64,000 nt of DNA. It comes from Octopus sinensis. Lineage: Eukaryota. The stretch spans positions 93,806,001 through 93,870,000 of the forward strand of contig NC_043003.1 of the NCBI RefSeq assembly GCF_006345805.1. Direction: 5' to 3'. The notes beneath the pieces were generated by a model, which was given only the letters and a program-made list of their open reading frames with translations, was not told where the DNA came from and did no database searches. Shown in pieces: positions 1 to 12,467 of the stretch; position 1 is the stretch's first letter, and each line of letters opens with the position of its first letter. A program made the position numbers and the translations under genes.

Positions 1-1268
1 TCATCTCACAGCCAAGCTCATGCGGTTCTTCAATGTTTACTTTTGTCTCACTTAATAATTAGTAGCTGAATTCCACAGCTCCATATTCAGTGTTGGATCT
101 ATCTTTTGGAGGCCGTGAAACTTGAATTGCATTGGTAGTACCTTTCGAAACCAGTGACAATGTGCGATAGATCTTGCTGTATTTGCAATGAACTCAAGGG
201 TGGAATCAGAGTGCAGAGAAGTCCTTGAAAATAAGATCAAGCAGTGAATTTCCTCCTTCAGAGATTAAAATAGCCATGATTGCTTAGCTCTCATATCCAT
301 TGTCCGGTTCCAAAGTTTCCTGAATGAAAACATTTTATACTTTACAATTTTAGGGTTATGGGGGAATTAAAATAAACGTATTCTTAAATACATGTTTGAA
401 ACATCATAGAATGACGAAATAAAACCTTACAAAACCCCAGCTAATATAAACTTTTATCCTAAACAGTTTTATGAATACTTACTCAAAGAAGCATATTTAC
501 AAAATACTATTTTCCCCCCAGAGTCATATTCATGTACAGTTTTGTCAAAAGAGGGAGTTTCTTTGCAATGACAATTTCTGGCGACAACATGGATAGTGAA
601 GTTAAGAACCCTTAAATCATGGTAGACGGAAATTTATTCATTAAAAAGGACTTAGAGGATTTCCTTTCTCCTTCATAGCTCGTGACAGGCATTGCCAAAT
701 ATTGACACATTGACAAAATTTTCTGAGTAATACGATCGCATACATTTAAGATTGCCTTCATTAATTTAACCCATACCGAAAGGCACTTGAAATTTTACTG
801 GTCAAGTGCCTTACGTAAATGGATTACCAAAAACTTCTATCCTAAACATGTCACCTCCTCTCGAAGAAACATTATTTTGGCATGTAAGGGTGACAACTCA
901 AGGTATGTTTCACTCTTATTTTAAGCTAATGTACAAAACGTCGTCGTCGTACTTCACTTGGCCAAAGTAGTGATGAGACATGTCAAAGCAACGATTACAA
1001 AGTAAATAACTTACAAGATTGCTTTGAACTTTACTTATTATTGAACTTTATTTGTCTAGTGATTGTTTTATTCTTTTACTCCTTTCATGATTCAGAAATA
1101 CATTTATTCCTTGTCAAATATTTTACAATTTACTTATTTACTTTTCTTTTCCTTTCTACAGAAAGCTAACTGTAATTTTACGACCGTATATAATACAATT
1201 TACCATAAAATTCTATTTTATTAACTACTAAATCGTATTTTCTATTTATTGCACATTCTGTACTGTTC

Positions 1269-1411
<143 letters not shown>

Positions 1412-1799
1412 ATGTATGTCTCTCTGTCTGTCTATGGATCTCTGTATATGTGCGTATTTGTGTGTATATGTGTGTGCATGTTTGTATATATATATATATA
1501 TGACACATTTGTATTATGTATGCATATATGTATGTAAGTATGTATTGCAATTGTTGTTGTTGTTGTTGCTAGTGGTGATGGTTGTGTTCTGTAGCTGGTG
1601 TTACTGGCGTTGAAGTTGTAGCTGCTGCTATATCGTTTCCATTGACTGGATTTTGTTATTGGTTAGTCTCACATCAGCTCTGATGGAGTAAATATGATCA
1701 AAGGCACACTTCAGAGTACGTACATACATACATACATACATGCATACCCATGTATACATACATACATACATATATACATATATATATTGAATTTTAATA

Positions 1800-2515
1800 T
1801 TATAAATGATACCTGCACCCGGTTACCCTACTTATATGAAAATAGCCCTTGGAAATAATTTTTTGAAAAAGCTTTTTAAGAGAGATATGATTAACCCTTG
1901 CAAGGGGAATTACTCCCATTAGGCGAATGGTGTTTTGTTTTGACGACGTGAGGTTTTTTTGACAAAGCATGATTAGACGAACACACGAACACATAAAATA
2001 TTTTCTGCCGCCTGACGGATTTTTCAGCAGTGACCATTGTGTAGCGCTTTTTACCAACTTACGGCCGCGCACATATAGAACAGTTCACACGCACATGTTT
2101 CTAAGTAGATTTTGTCCCGCCCCATATAATACACCTAATATTCTTAAAATAGTCAGAACCTTAGTCTCGGTCACAAAGAACATCTACGCACCCCGTGCTC
2201 TCACCCACCAGATTGACCGCTGCCTGACCTGTAAATATGTTCAACGCACCCACCACCCGATTTCAACATACATTGATAAACAGTTTGGCCATGGGCTCTT
2301 AGGAGCCTCCTCGTTCGATTTGTTTTGCTGCGCCTCTGTTCTGTTTTTATTTTGCCAACGGAATTCCTATTTCTTCCTGAAGAGAAAGACACAATATGGT
2401 CTCCTTATTCAATCGGAATTTGGTAAATTGTGGCTTTCGAAAAACGTGTAGAATGCAATAAAAGGATTTCTGTTCAATCTTCGTTCAACTCCATTTCTTC
2501 AATTCACTAATAATA
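1800..2515 (+). mobile_element. Penelope-like pseudo-LTR / retrozyme-like repeat, copy 1
   Basis: Reverse-complement homolog of ~47295-48035; TATAAT at 2125, hammerhead motif at 2374-2453, AATAAA at 2457; ends at a (TA)n tract. Confidence 0.7.
2374..2453 (+). ncRNA. Minimal type I hammerhead ribozyme, stem III mutated
   Basis: ttc-CTGAAGA (2377-2383); stem II gaaagacacaat/attgtggctttc (11 of 12 pairs); GAAA (2439-2442), aacgtG-TA, gaa. The base after GAAA is A where copy 2 has C. Confidence 0.65.
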
Positions 2516-2532
2516 TATGTGTATATATATAT

Positions 2533-2622
<90 letters not shown>

Positions 2623-2631
2623 ATATATATT

Positions 2632-2663
<32 letters not shown>

Positions 2664-2665
2664 GG
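2515..2665. repeat. (TA)n microsatellite
   Basis: Read directly; one of many (TA)n tracts (also ~3615, 46745, 46990, 52630, 55640, 55985, 58080, 59260). Confidence 0.95.
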
Positions 2666-2829
2666 TTATGAGAGGTAATGGTGTCAATAAGACCTAAATG
2701 TGTCAGGTAATGCTTAGTGAGTGCTATGGCCAGACCATAGTTAAGCTCCAGGTTCGGTGATTATGCGAATAAGGGGTTTAACGTAGGTCATTTATCAGTA
2801 TGTGTATATAGTGTATATATGTGTGTGTG

Positions 2830-3110
2830 TGCTAGCAGTTGCACTCACGACAGCAAGATCGTGGGTTCGATTTTCAGACCAGGCGTTGCGTTGTGTTCTT
2901 GAGCAAAGCTCTTCATTTCACGTTGCTCTGCGATCATTTCGTCATCTGATATGTGGAACACGGAGCACCTGTACAGGTAATGCAGATTTGATACTGGGAG
3001 TGAGCTTATGTGTACACAAACATTTGATCACTATAAGCAAATCATCTGTGTGGTTCTTCGTCAAGAAATTGCCGAATCCTTATACGACGTCCAGCGACCG
3101 GAGAGTACAT
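2830..3110 (+). mobile_element. tRNA-headed SINE, 5' eroded
   Basis: B-box-like GGTTCGATT then gtgttcttgagcaaag...tttcacgttgctc; related copy on minus strand at 38560-38845. Confidence 0.6.
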
Positions 3111-3139
3111 ATTATATATACACACAATTGTCAAGTTTG

Positions 3140-3610
3140 TGTGTGAAAACGACAATTAAAGAAGCTGACAAAGGAAGTGCTGCAGTCCTGATGGACACAG
3201 AACACTATAAAAAACTAGTACTATCCATACTAGAAAACGAGGCCTTCTACGAAAAATTTATAAACTATAAACAACAAAAAACAATGAAAAATCTTGCATC
3301 CTTTATTCTTCTACATGGAAAAGGCCTGACAGAAAAAGAAACAGATAATAATAACGACAACCAATTACCTCCCTTTATTTATTTACTTGTGAAGTCATTC
3401 ACTCGTGAATTTCATCACACACATCATGGACAAAATTTCTTAAGAAAAAATATATATTTAAATAAGTAAAACATAATAGCGATAGCGAAACCGGTCGATA
3501 TATTAAACATTATATTAAAACTATGTAAGTGTGCGCATTTTCCTTTTTTTAATTTCTTATATACGTTACAACTCACACGTGGGGATAATCGAAATTCCTC
3601 TTTTCTGTTA
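3140..3610 (+). pseudogene. Penelope-like element fragment: RT N-terminal piece plus terminal segment
   Basis: IKEADKGSAAVLMDTEHYKK matches the PLE RT ADKG...V.MD...Y motif; downstream cGAAAccggTC and gtaagt resemble a PLE terminal region; ends at (TA)n. Confidence 0.7.
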
Positions 3611-3611
3611 C

Positions 3612-3657
<46 letters not shown>

Positions 3658-4689
3658 ATATATGTATATAATATATATATATATTATATATATATATATA
3701 TATATTAATATATAATATGTTTATATATATTCATGTTTGTATAGTATGTATGTATATATGCATGTATATAAAGATATAAAGTAATATCAATTTTTGTATA
3801 AGCAGATGTATGTGAATACGTGTATCTGTGTTTGCACATTTGAGATTGCATCTATATGCATATTTTACGAACATATATCAATATGCTTAAACATTACAGT
3901 ATTTATACAGTGTGCGTGTGTGTAGTGCATACATCTATTTGTTTACACGTGCATATACCTACACGCACTTTGCGCTCTTTGTGTGTCATACTTTCCTTGA
4001 GGGCGTATTTATTTTTCATATACATATTTTTTTTATAAAACTTGTTTTGCTTTCACAATAGCTTTCTGAACTTCATTAGTTTATATGAATTCAAGACACC
4101 ATTGTCTCCAATACGGTTCTTACTCTAAAAAAAAAACCCCAAATAAAAAGCTTGAAATGTGTCTTTCAAAGAGAATGGGAACTTTCACTGTGCAATCCTA
4201 TTCTTTTCTACGTTAAAATATTGATTTGTTTTCAAAAGGAAATATTTAGTTGTGACATTTACTTATTATCCAAGAAATCTTGCGAAGTAACGGAAGTAAA
4301 TTTGCTCCAGTATAGCAATTTAAATCGAAATCACACCTTGATACCTACATTTGTCACTAAAAAATATTATCTTTTATCTTTTACTTGTTTCAGTCATTGA
4401 AATACGGTCGTGCCGGGGTAGCATCTTGAAATGTTTAGTCGAATAAACCGACGCCAGTACTTATCTTTTTAAGTCTCGTAATTATCAGTCAGTGTCTCTT
4501 GCTGAATCACATCCCTAAGTAACAGGGATGTAAAAATATAAATCAGCACCTGTTGCCAGACCGCGTGGTGTGAACGAACACAAACACATACATACACACC
4601 ACACACACACACACACATACACACACACATACATAATGTAATGAGATACGTCGAAGGGATGACCCCGAGGACAAAGAAATAAGAACTCA

Positions 4690-5160
4690 CAATATGGTAG
4701 AAGCCATACCAACTCACAGTAAAAAGGAGTTTTGGTGGAGTTTCTCAGTGAAAACCTTAGTAAAATGTAAACATATCAGGTGTATTGACCTGATATTATG
4801 ATTTGGGATAGAGAAGAGAAACTGTGTACAGTTGTGGAAATCAAGCTGCCCAGCGGATGTTAACATAAAGCTGAAGATCAGTGAAAATGAGAATACCTAC
4901 TCTGAACTATTGAGAAATCTGCAGTTACTCTTCCCAGATTACAAGTTCAGGTTTATAACTTTAATTATTGGGGCACAGGGATATATGAGACACTGCCTAA
5001 ATACCAATCTTGGGAAATTAGGCTTCTCACAACTAGAATGGAGAAAGCTGATTCGATGACTACAAATTCAAGCCATAACTGGAACTGTAAAAATCTGTAA
5101 AACTTTCCAGAAGGATACCATTTAAGTATCCATGAACATATCTAGATATGCAACTATATG
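4690..5160 (+). pseudogene. 3' fragment of a restriction-like-endonuclease (RLE) non-LTR retrotransposon
   Basis: WDREEKLCTVVEI..CPADVNIKLKISE..YSELLRNLQLLFPDYKFRFITLIIGAQG, an RLE C-terminal pattern; followed by (ACAT)n; degenerate relative at 53690-53990. Confidence 0.7.
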
Positions 5161-5299
5161 CATGAGAATACATACATAAAGCAAAACATACATACATACA
5201 TACATACATACATACATACATACGTACATACATACATACATACATACACGCATGCATACGTACATACATACGCACATGCATAGATACATACATACATAC

Positions 5300-5462
5300 A
5301 ACGGGTTTCATTCAGTTTCTTCCAGTTTCTTTTTACCTAGCCGACTCAGAAGGCTTTGGTCGGCCAAGTGTAATAAGTAAAAGACACTTGCCCAAGGTGC
5401 CACATAGTGAGCCTTAACTCGAAACCATGTGATTAGAAAGTTAAATTCTTACCACAAAGCAA
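5300..5462 (-). mobile_element. SINE (family with gcaccttgggcaagtgtcttctactatag core)
   Basis: Shares the core with copies at 7030-7260, 28590-28830, 31125-31270, 31780-31880 and 32560-32760. Confidence 0.7.
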
Positions 5463-5946
5463 CATTTTTCTGACAATATATTAAGCAAAATACTGTAAAA
5501 TTTATGTCTTTTAAGAGAGATTAATGATGCAATTGAAACCATCTCACTATTGCTTAATTCTCGTACTTGGATGTAATGACAATCTATGTAGACGTACAAT
5601 TAGGGTCGATTCAATCGACTTCAACGTGCAACTCGTACTTACTTTATCAATCCAAAAGTGAACGGCAAAAGGGTTTAAAATCGGGCATGTAAAGTCATGG
5701 CAAAATATAGTGAAACATCACAATCAAAACATCTCAGCCATCACAGCAGATTTAAAACAGCGTTAAAATTTATTGACTTTTAGCTTGGCTAAAGACGAAA
5801 TTGCTGTTGCTTAGGAGAATATGAATCGACGTCCATGTACTACTGACCTTCCAGTGTTATGAAATGTAAATTTCTACTCAGTGAGATTGGAACGTGTAAT
5901 AACAAAAAAAATCTTGTCAATGTAAGTTGTTTTGTTTTGACGTGGT

Positions 5947-6116
5947 ACATGCACACATACATACATACATACATGCACGCACGCGCACGCACGCACGCGC
6001 ACGCACGCACGCGCGCGCACGCACGCACGCGCACGCACGCACGCGCACGCACGCACACACGCGCACGCGCGCACACACGCGCGCACACTCGCGTGCACAC
6101 ACGCGCACACACGCAG
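5947..6116. repeat. (CATA)n then CpG-rich (CACG/CG/CA)n alternating purine-pyrimidine tract
   Basis: Read directly; accounts for the HARAR/ACVR pseudo-ORFs. Confidence 0.9.
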
Positions 6117-6147
6117 AGTAATAATAATAATCCTTGGATAGAATTTA

Positions 6148-6989
6148 TCTATATATATAAAACTCAACTTGTGTGTCTGTGTGTGTATCTGTGTGTTTAA
6201 CTTCCCGGCGCATCTCCTCCTAGCCAACAAATCGTAAAACCACCAAAAATGGGTCACTTAATGTTTAGGCAAATGAAAATTGAACTGCGCTATTTCTGTT
6301 CCGAAATTCATCTCGCAAGTGCAAAAATCGATAATGTGTTTGTTTAGGCCTTATCCCATGCATTGAATAGTGAACTTTACTCAGTCAGCTGTTTGACGTG
6401 AACTGTGTTCACCACGCGTGCAAGCATGCGTAAATTGCATGAAAAATAAAAAAATCAAGATATAAAAACGAATCGCCGTAAACATTGTAGAAATTCGGCA
6501 AAGAAATGAATTTTCGGGATGTAGCCTGGAGGGTTTTTTTCGTATTAATCGTTTGAACTCTGTGAACACATACCAATTGTTTTCATAACATTTTTAACGT
6601 TTTGAATTATATGTGACCATTTTGCGTTGAGTCTGCAGTTTGAATCACTTTAACCAAATTTTAGCAGGCCGGAGTTTTGATCATCACGATACATCGCCAG
6701 CGACTCCCTGAAACTCTCCCCTGAAATCCCCGTTGAGAAATACTGATCTAAAAGAATAATTCAACAATGCAATTATTTGATCAACAAAAATTTATGAAAC
6801 GCTTCTACGTACTTCCTATTGAGGAAATGGAACACATAAGCGCAAAAATAGAGGACATAAAATGCTTGATTTTAAAACCAAAATAATTGAATTTTGATTG
6901 AACTTCATCCAAGTTTAGCTTAATTCGCGCGTGCATAGAACGCACGAGCGCACGAGCGCACGAGCGCACGAGCCGGGCAATACTGCTAG
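6148..6989 (+). mobile_element. Non-autonomous Helitron
   Basis: Begins A|TCTATATATATAAAA and ends ccgggcaatactgCTAG|T: TC...CTAG termini in an AT target. A hAT-like TIR (cccgttgagaaatactg) at ~6738-6755 suggests an internal insertion. Confidence 0.75.
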
Positions 6990-7029
6990 TATATATATAT
7001 GCATATATATATATATATATATAATGACA

Positions 7030-7260
7030 TCATGATAATGAAATTATTGTGCAAGGTGCCCAGGTGCACTACAACTCATCAAAGGTGCATGTACAAAAGT
7101 CAGGCTTCTTTTAATGCTGTCTGTGAAATCCACTCAAGGCTTTTGTCTGCTCAGGGATACAGTAGAAGATACTTATCAAGGTGCCAAGAAATGGAACTGA
7201 ACTTGGAATTATGTGGTTGGGAAGCAAACTTATTACCATGCAGTCGTGCCTGGCTCATTA
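7030..7260 (-). mobile_element. SINE, same family as 5300-5462
   Basis: gcaccttgataagtatcttctactgtatc core and ccacataattccaagttcagttcc head on the minus strand. Confidence 0.6.
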
Positions 7261-7444
7261 TCTATTTTTTAATCATGCAAATTACACTGGTCAAAAAGTT
7301 TTCATAATTTTTTTCTCGAACAGTGTAATTTTAATAAGCTGAGAATTTTTTGTGTATGTCATTCAGTATATCATCCCTTTGCTCATTTATTCAAATTCTT
7401 ATCTTTGACTTGTGAGTTATTTCCCTTAGACATTTATTCAATTT

Positions 7445-8293
7445 TCATCAATTTTCTTGGGTGTTTGGTCTTGATAGCTTTTCATAATTACCTCAGCAAG
7501 TTGGCAAAATATTCTCCATTGACTGTATCGCCCTTTTAAAGTTAGTCAATAAACACAATGCCTTTTGCATATCAAAAAACTGAAGTCGTAATTTCCATGC
7601 AGACAAAATGACATTAGCCTCCTTTGAAGAAGGTGAGGAAGGGTGTTTCCACGACATAAGTTGTCTCTTTGTCTCTGACTCAGAGACGAAACCAACACTC
7701 ATCTTTGTGTTAGGAAACGTTCGTGGAAACCAACGGGATCTACCTCAAACAATGTCTGATTTTGCCGTGATGTGGTCGGTCAGCGTGGTGCACTTTTGAG
7801 AAGGTGTTAGAACACGTGGCACCTACCTGGAAAAACCCTTCGTCGTGCCATAATCATTATGCAGAATATTCTCAGCACTCTCACGGGATATGCTAATAGC
7901 ATTGGGTATTTGATTTATAGTCAATCGCTCGTCATTCATCACCATGGGATGAACACGATCAATGTTTTACCCAATGGTAGCAGTTGCTGGGCGTCCAGAC
8001 CTAGAGTCATCTTCAAAACTCTCCCGTCCCATCCTGAGTTCGGCTGCCCGTTTTTACACTATTGCTGATTTTAGGAACCATATCTGTAGGTACTTGATAA
8101 CACCACGATACCAAATTTTGTCCATTTTCAAGAGAGGTTGTCATCAATTACGTTTGAAGTCTTCTTTAAACAATCAGCTGTCAGTTTACCAGGAAAGAAA
8201 CAATAGTGTCATCAATAAGAATTGATGCCTGCAAAGTTTCAAAGCTCTAGCGTCGCTCCCTCATAGTCAGCCTAAACTTTTCAGCTAACCTCC
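7445..8293 (-). pseudogene. mariner transposase remnant, 3' truncated
   Basis: FEDDSRSGRPATA, ETKRQLMSWKHPSSP and KTKHPRKLMK mariner motifs, with stops and frameshifts; TIR-like gctgaaaagtttaggctgac at ~8270-8290. Confidence 0.85.
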
Positions 8294-8554
8294 CAAGGGA
8301 GATAATCGAACTACGGGAGGTAACAATTTACACACTATAAAATTAAATGGAATGAAAAACTATCCTATCTGTAGTCCAGATTAACGTTTTAGTTGTCGTT
8401 AATGCCATCGTCTTAAAGGAAAAATAATAATTATTTATTTATTATGATAACAAAATGAAAGATCTCATCAGTATCTTTAACACTACCAACAATTTGGTCT
8501 AATTACGAATTCCTTTTGTACATGTTCATTCAACTTGAAAAATATATTGTTGCT

Positions 8555-8842
8555 GTTGCTGTTTGTTCCTTCTCGAGTCATAAGGGCCGGTTTCCTTGGC
8601 GCATAGGTTCCCTACCTTGACGGGACGTCGATCCGTTGCAGGTGAGCTGCTACATGCAGGAGGAAGGAGTGAGAGAAAGTTGTGGTGAAAGAGCCAGCAG
8701 AAGTTCGCCATTATCTTCTGCCGGAGCCGTATGGAATTTAGGTGTTTCGCTCATAAACGCACACATCGCCCGGTCTGAGATTCGAACTAGCAATCCCTCG
8801 ACCGTGAGTCTGTTGCTCTAACCACTAGGCCAGGTGCCTCCA
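8555..8842 (-). mobile_element. tRNA-derived SINE (octopus OR-like)
   Basis: A box TGGCCTAGTGG, B box GTTCGAATC, body ttatgagcgaaacacctaa; near-identical architecture at 51078-51362. Confidence 0.8.
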
Positions 8843-9084
8843 CCGAAAAATATACACTTACTGAAAATCAGATATATTTTCTGGCTACTGAATGTTTTAC
8901 AAATATATGTACAGGGGGTGCAGCGGGTGCACTTGCACCCCTTGGAATTTTCAGGTGGTGCAAGATCAAAATTTGCACCCCGTACATAATTTTACCAGTT
9001 TCAGAAAATAGTGTCTAAAAAATTATCTGTATAAGATGCTTGAAGCTAGATTTCGTTTCAAAGCAAAAACAAAGGACAAAAATA

Positions 9085-10505
9085 AAGTTATGAAGTTGGG
9101 CTTAAAATTCCCAAGGGAATGTTCCAAGGATTTCTCAGCTTCCTGAAAAATTGATCGGAAACTTCCCGGAAAGTTCCGAGGATTTCACGGAAAATTCCAA
9201 GGATTTCCCCAACTTCCACGAAAATTGGAAAGTTGCTGGAAAGTTCCGAGGTTTTCCTGGAAAGTTCCAATGATTTTCCAACTTTCTGGAAAATTGCCCA
9301 GAAACTTCATGGGCATTTCCGAGGATTTCACGGAAAGTTCCAAAGATTTTCCAACTTCCTGGAAAATTGGTCGAAATCTTCCTGGGAAGTTCCGAGGATT
9401 CCCCAGAAAGTTCGAAGGATTTTCCAAATTACTGGAAAATTGATAGGAATCTTCCTGGAAAGTTTCGAAGATTTCATGGAAAGTTCCAAAGTTTACACAA
9501 CTTTCAGGAAAATTGATCAGAAACTTCCTTTAAAGTACCGGAGATTTCATGAAAAGTTCGAAGGATTTCCAAACTTCCAGGAAAATTGGTCGGATACTTC
9601 CTGGAAAGTTCCGAGGATTTCATGGAATGTTCCAAGGATTCCCCAACTTCCTGCAAAATTGCACGGAAACTTCCTGGAAAGTTCGGAGGATTCCATGTAA
9701 AGTTCAAAGCTTTTCGCAACTTCATGGGAAATTGGTCGGAATCTTCCTGGGAAGTTCGATGGTCGGAATCTTCCTGGGAAGTTCCGATGATTACATGGAA
9801 AGTTTCAAAGATTTCCCAACTTCCTGGAAAAGTGGTCGAAATCTTCCTGGGAAATTTCGAGAATTTCATGGAAAGTTCAAAAAATTTCCCAACTTCCTGG
9901 AAAATTGATAGGAATCTTTCTGGAAAGTTCCAAGGAATTCATGGAAAGTTCCAAAATTTACCCAACTTCCAGGAAGATTGATAGGAAACTTCATGGGAAG
10001 CTCCGAGTTTTCCCAACTCCCTGGAAAATTGACCGGAAACTTCCCGGAAAGTAACAAGGATTTCCCAATTTTCTGGGAAATTGATGGGGATCTTCCTGGA
10101 AAGTTCCATGGATTTCATGGAGATTTGATGGGAATCTTCCTGGAAAGTTCCAAGGATTTCCCAACTTCCTAGAAAATTGGTCGGAAACTCCCTGGAAAGT
10201 TTCGATGATCTCATGGAAAGTTCCAAGGATTTCCCAACTTCCTAGAAAATTGGTCGGTAACTTGCTGGAAAGTTCCAATTATTTCTCAACTTCCTGGAAA
10301 GTTCCGACGATTTCATGGAAATTTCCAAGGATTCCTCAACTTCCTGGAAAATTGATCGGGAACTTCATAGAAAGTTCCGAGGATTTTTTGAAAAGTTCCA
10401 AGCATTTCACAACTTTTTGGAAAATTGGTTGGAAACTTCCTGGGAAGTTCCGATGATTTCATGGAAAATTCCAGGGATTTCCGAACTTCCTAGAAATTTG
10501 GTCGA
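9085..10505. repeat. ~73-bp minisatellite array (about 19 diverged units) of TTCNNNGAA / GGAAAGTTCC motifs
   Basis: GGAAAATTG recurs at 9361, 9434, 9507, 9581; consensus ttcctggaaagttccgaggatttcatggaaagttccaaggatttcccaacttcctggaaaattggtcggaatc. Confidence 0.9.
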
Positions 10506-10630
10506 AAACCCTAGCCCTAACCCTAACCATAACGTCACATATATATAAAAAAATTTACGGAAAGTGACGATCTTAAATGTAAACAAATGCATGTGACCTA
10601 AATGGGACTCATATGGAAAGAATGCCACCA
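10506..10630 (-). mobile_element. Probable Helentron/HINE-type terminus bounding the array
   Basis: Short (CCCTAA)n run followed by a unique end ggaaagaatgccacc; resembles HINE architecture (inference). Confidence 0.4.
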
Positions 10631-10766
10631 AGTGTAACCCAGATTTTGGTGGTTGGGTGACTTGTGTTTACAAGAAGGAAACAAGGAAGAGGGGACAAGG
10701 TTTGAAGTTTGTAAGCGTATAGTGATGTATAAATACATTTTAATATATTTTGTGGCCTTAAACTTA

Positions 10767-11358
10767 GGGGTCACTCGTAAACAGAGCTGGATAACAAAAC
10801 TGTTCCGTCATTTAGTGTCCACCCATATTTATGACCCTAGTATCGATCTATTGCATTTCAATCTGTTTTAGGGTTAGCGGTGGGGGGAAGGGTATCTTTT
10901 TTCTTCAGAAATGTAAATAAACCCAATCTGTTTCTTAAACGAATTTATAATATGTAATGTGTGTATCTGTGCAACGGAGAAGGAAATAAAAACTGCATAT
11001 GTTGTGAACTTAGAATATGTGTTTATTAATAAAAGTTTAATAACGATAATCTTTTATTCATACGAACGTAACTGATATGAAATATGTCATAAATAACAGT
11101 GAGTAGACACCGCAGGAAATTGTTGTTGACAAGCTACATCAGTAAGTGTATTCACCTCAATAGACGTCATTGGTTGGTTGAAATTGCCGAAATGCAAGAA
11201 ATTTAACAACAAATAGCTTACAAACTACAGAATTTATTCAAGAAAGCCAAGAGAAAAAAGATGTTTTATGTAACACATTCTACCAGTATACGAAGTTTAA
11301 AAGTGTTTAGTTACAAAGAAATTATTTTTAAAATCTGCCGGTCAAAGTGAAAAGATCC
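10767..11358. mobile_element. TA-flanked non-autonomous element interrupting the Tc1 C-terminus
   Basis: TA at 10765-10766 and 11359-11360; right end ctgccggtcaaagtgaaaagatcc resembles the 32048-32087 hairpin. Confidence 0.5.
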
Positions 11359-11613
11359 TAGTTCTTAATCAATGACTTGTATGTTTCTTTAGGAATTTTC
11401 CCCCATTCTTCTTGACAAAATTTTCTTCAAATCTTCAATGCACGTTGGGGCTCTTTAACGAATTTTAATTTTCAAATAATGACACAAATTTTCAAAGGGG
11501 TTCAAGTTAGGTGACTGGCTTGGCCATTCTAATAATTTTATATTGTGATCGACAATCCATTTTTTGGTAAACTTCGCCGTGTGCTTTGGGTCGTTACCTT
11601 GTTGTAAAACTCA

Positions 11614-11874
<261 letters not shown>

Positions 11875-12467
11875 TTATCTTTATGTTCATAAACAAATTT
11901 TAAACGGTCATTTCTATGCCTTTTAGTCAACAGCAGAGTTTTTCTAGGAGAGCGTGACTTCAGTTCATTCCTACGAAGTTCCTTGCTGATTGTTCGTAGT
12001 GTAATACTAGTCTCTGAAGCTAACAAATCTTCTTGCAACTCCTTTCTGGGTGATCATTGCGTTTTTTTCGATTCTTCGCTTCATTTTTATTAAAGATCTA
12101 GGGGAGATCTTGCGTGGTACACCGGATCTTATTCTGTTTTCAACAGTTCCCGATTCTTTATATCTTTGAATAAATGAAGACATGGTAGTAAATGGAATAC
12201 AAAGAGTCTCTGTTAGTTTCCTGTAACTTTTGCCTGCTTTCCATTGTTCAATAATTAAATTTTTCACTGAATTTGTGAGTTCTTTACTTTTCGACATTAT
12301 TACGATACTATTTTATGTTGTTTCAGTGCTGAATGAAGAAGCTAGTGTTTTGACACTTAAAAATGACAACTGATAGGATTATTGGAACAAACGAGAAAGT
12401 TCTAGTAAAACAAAATTATTTTAACAGTATTTTGTGGCATAGAAAACCATAAATTTATTCTGTACTT

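Noticed and set aside
1-321. Minus-strand acceptor ttttcattcag at ~322 and ORF 52-240
   Set aside because: All frames from the acceptor stop early and no recognisable protein; could be a terminal exon but unsupported.
8780-8842. tRNA-like sequences (also 51078, 62753, 27340)
   Set aside because: They are SINE heads continuing into repeat bodies, not tRNA genes.
9085-10505. CRISPR-like appearance
   Set aside because: No unique spacers, degenerate units, eukaryotic context, no cas genes.
10510-10530. Telomere-like CCCTAA run
   Set aside because: Only about three imperfect units, at an element terminus.
9088-10548. Many overlapping ORFs on both strands in the 73-bp array
   Set aside because: The consensus is nearly stop-free and the period is not a multiple of 3, so open frames are a by-product.
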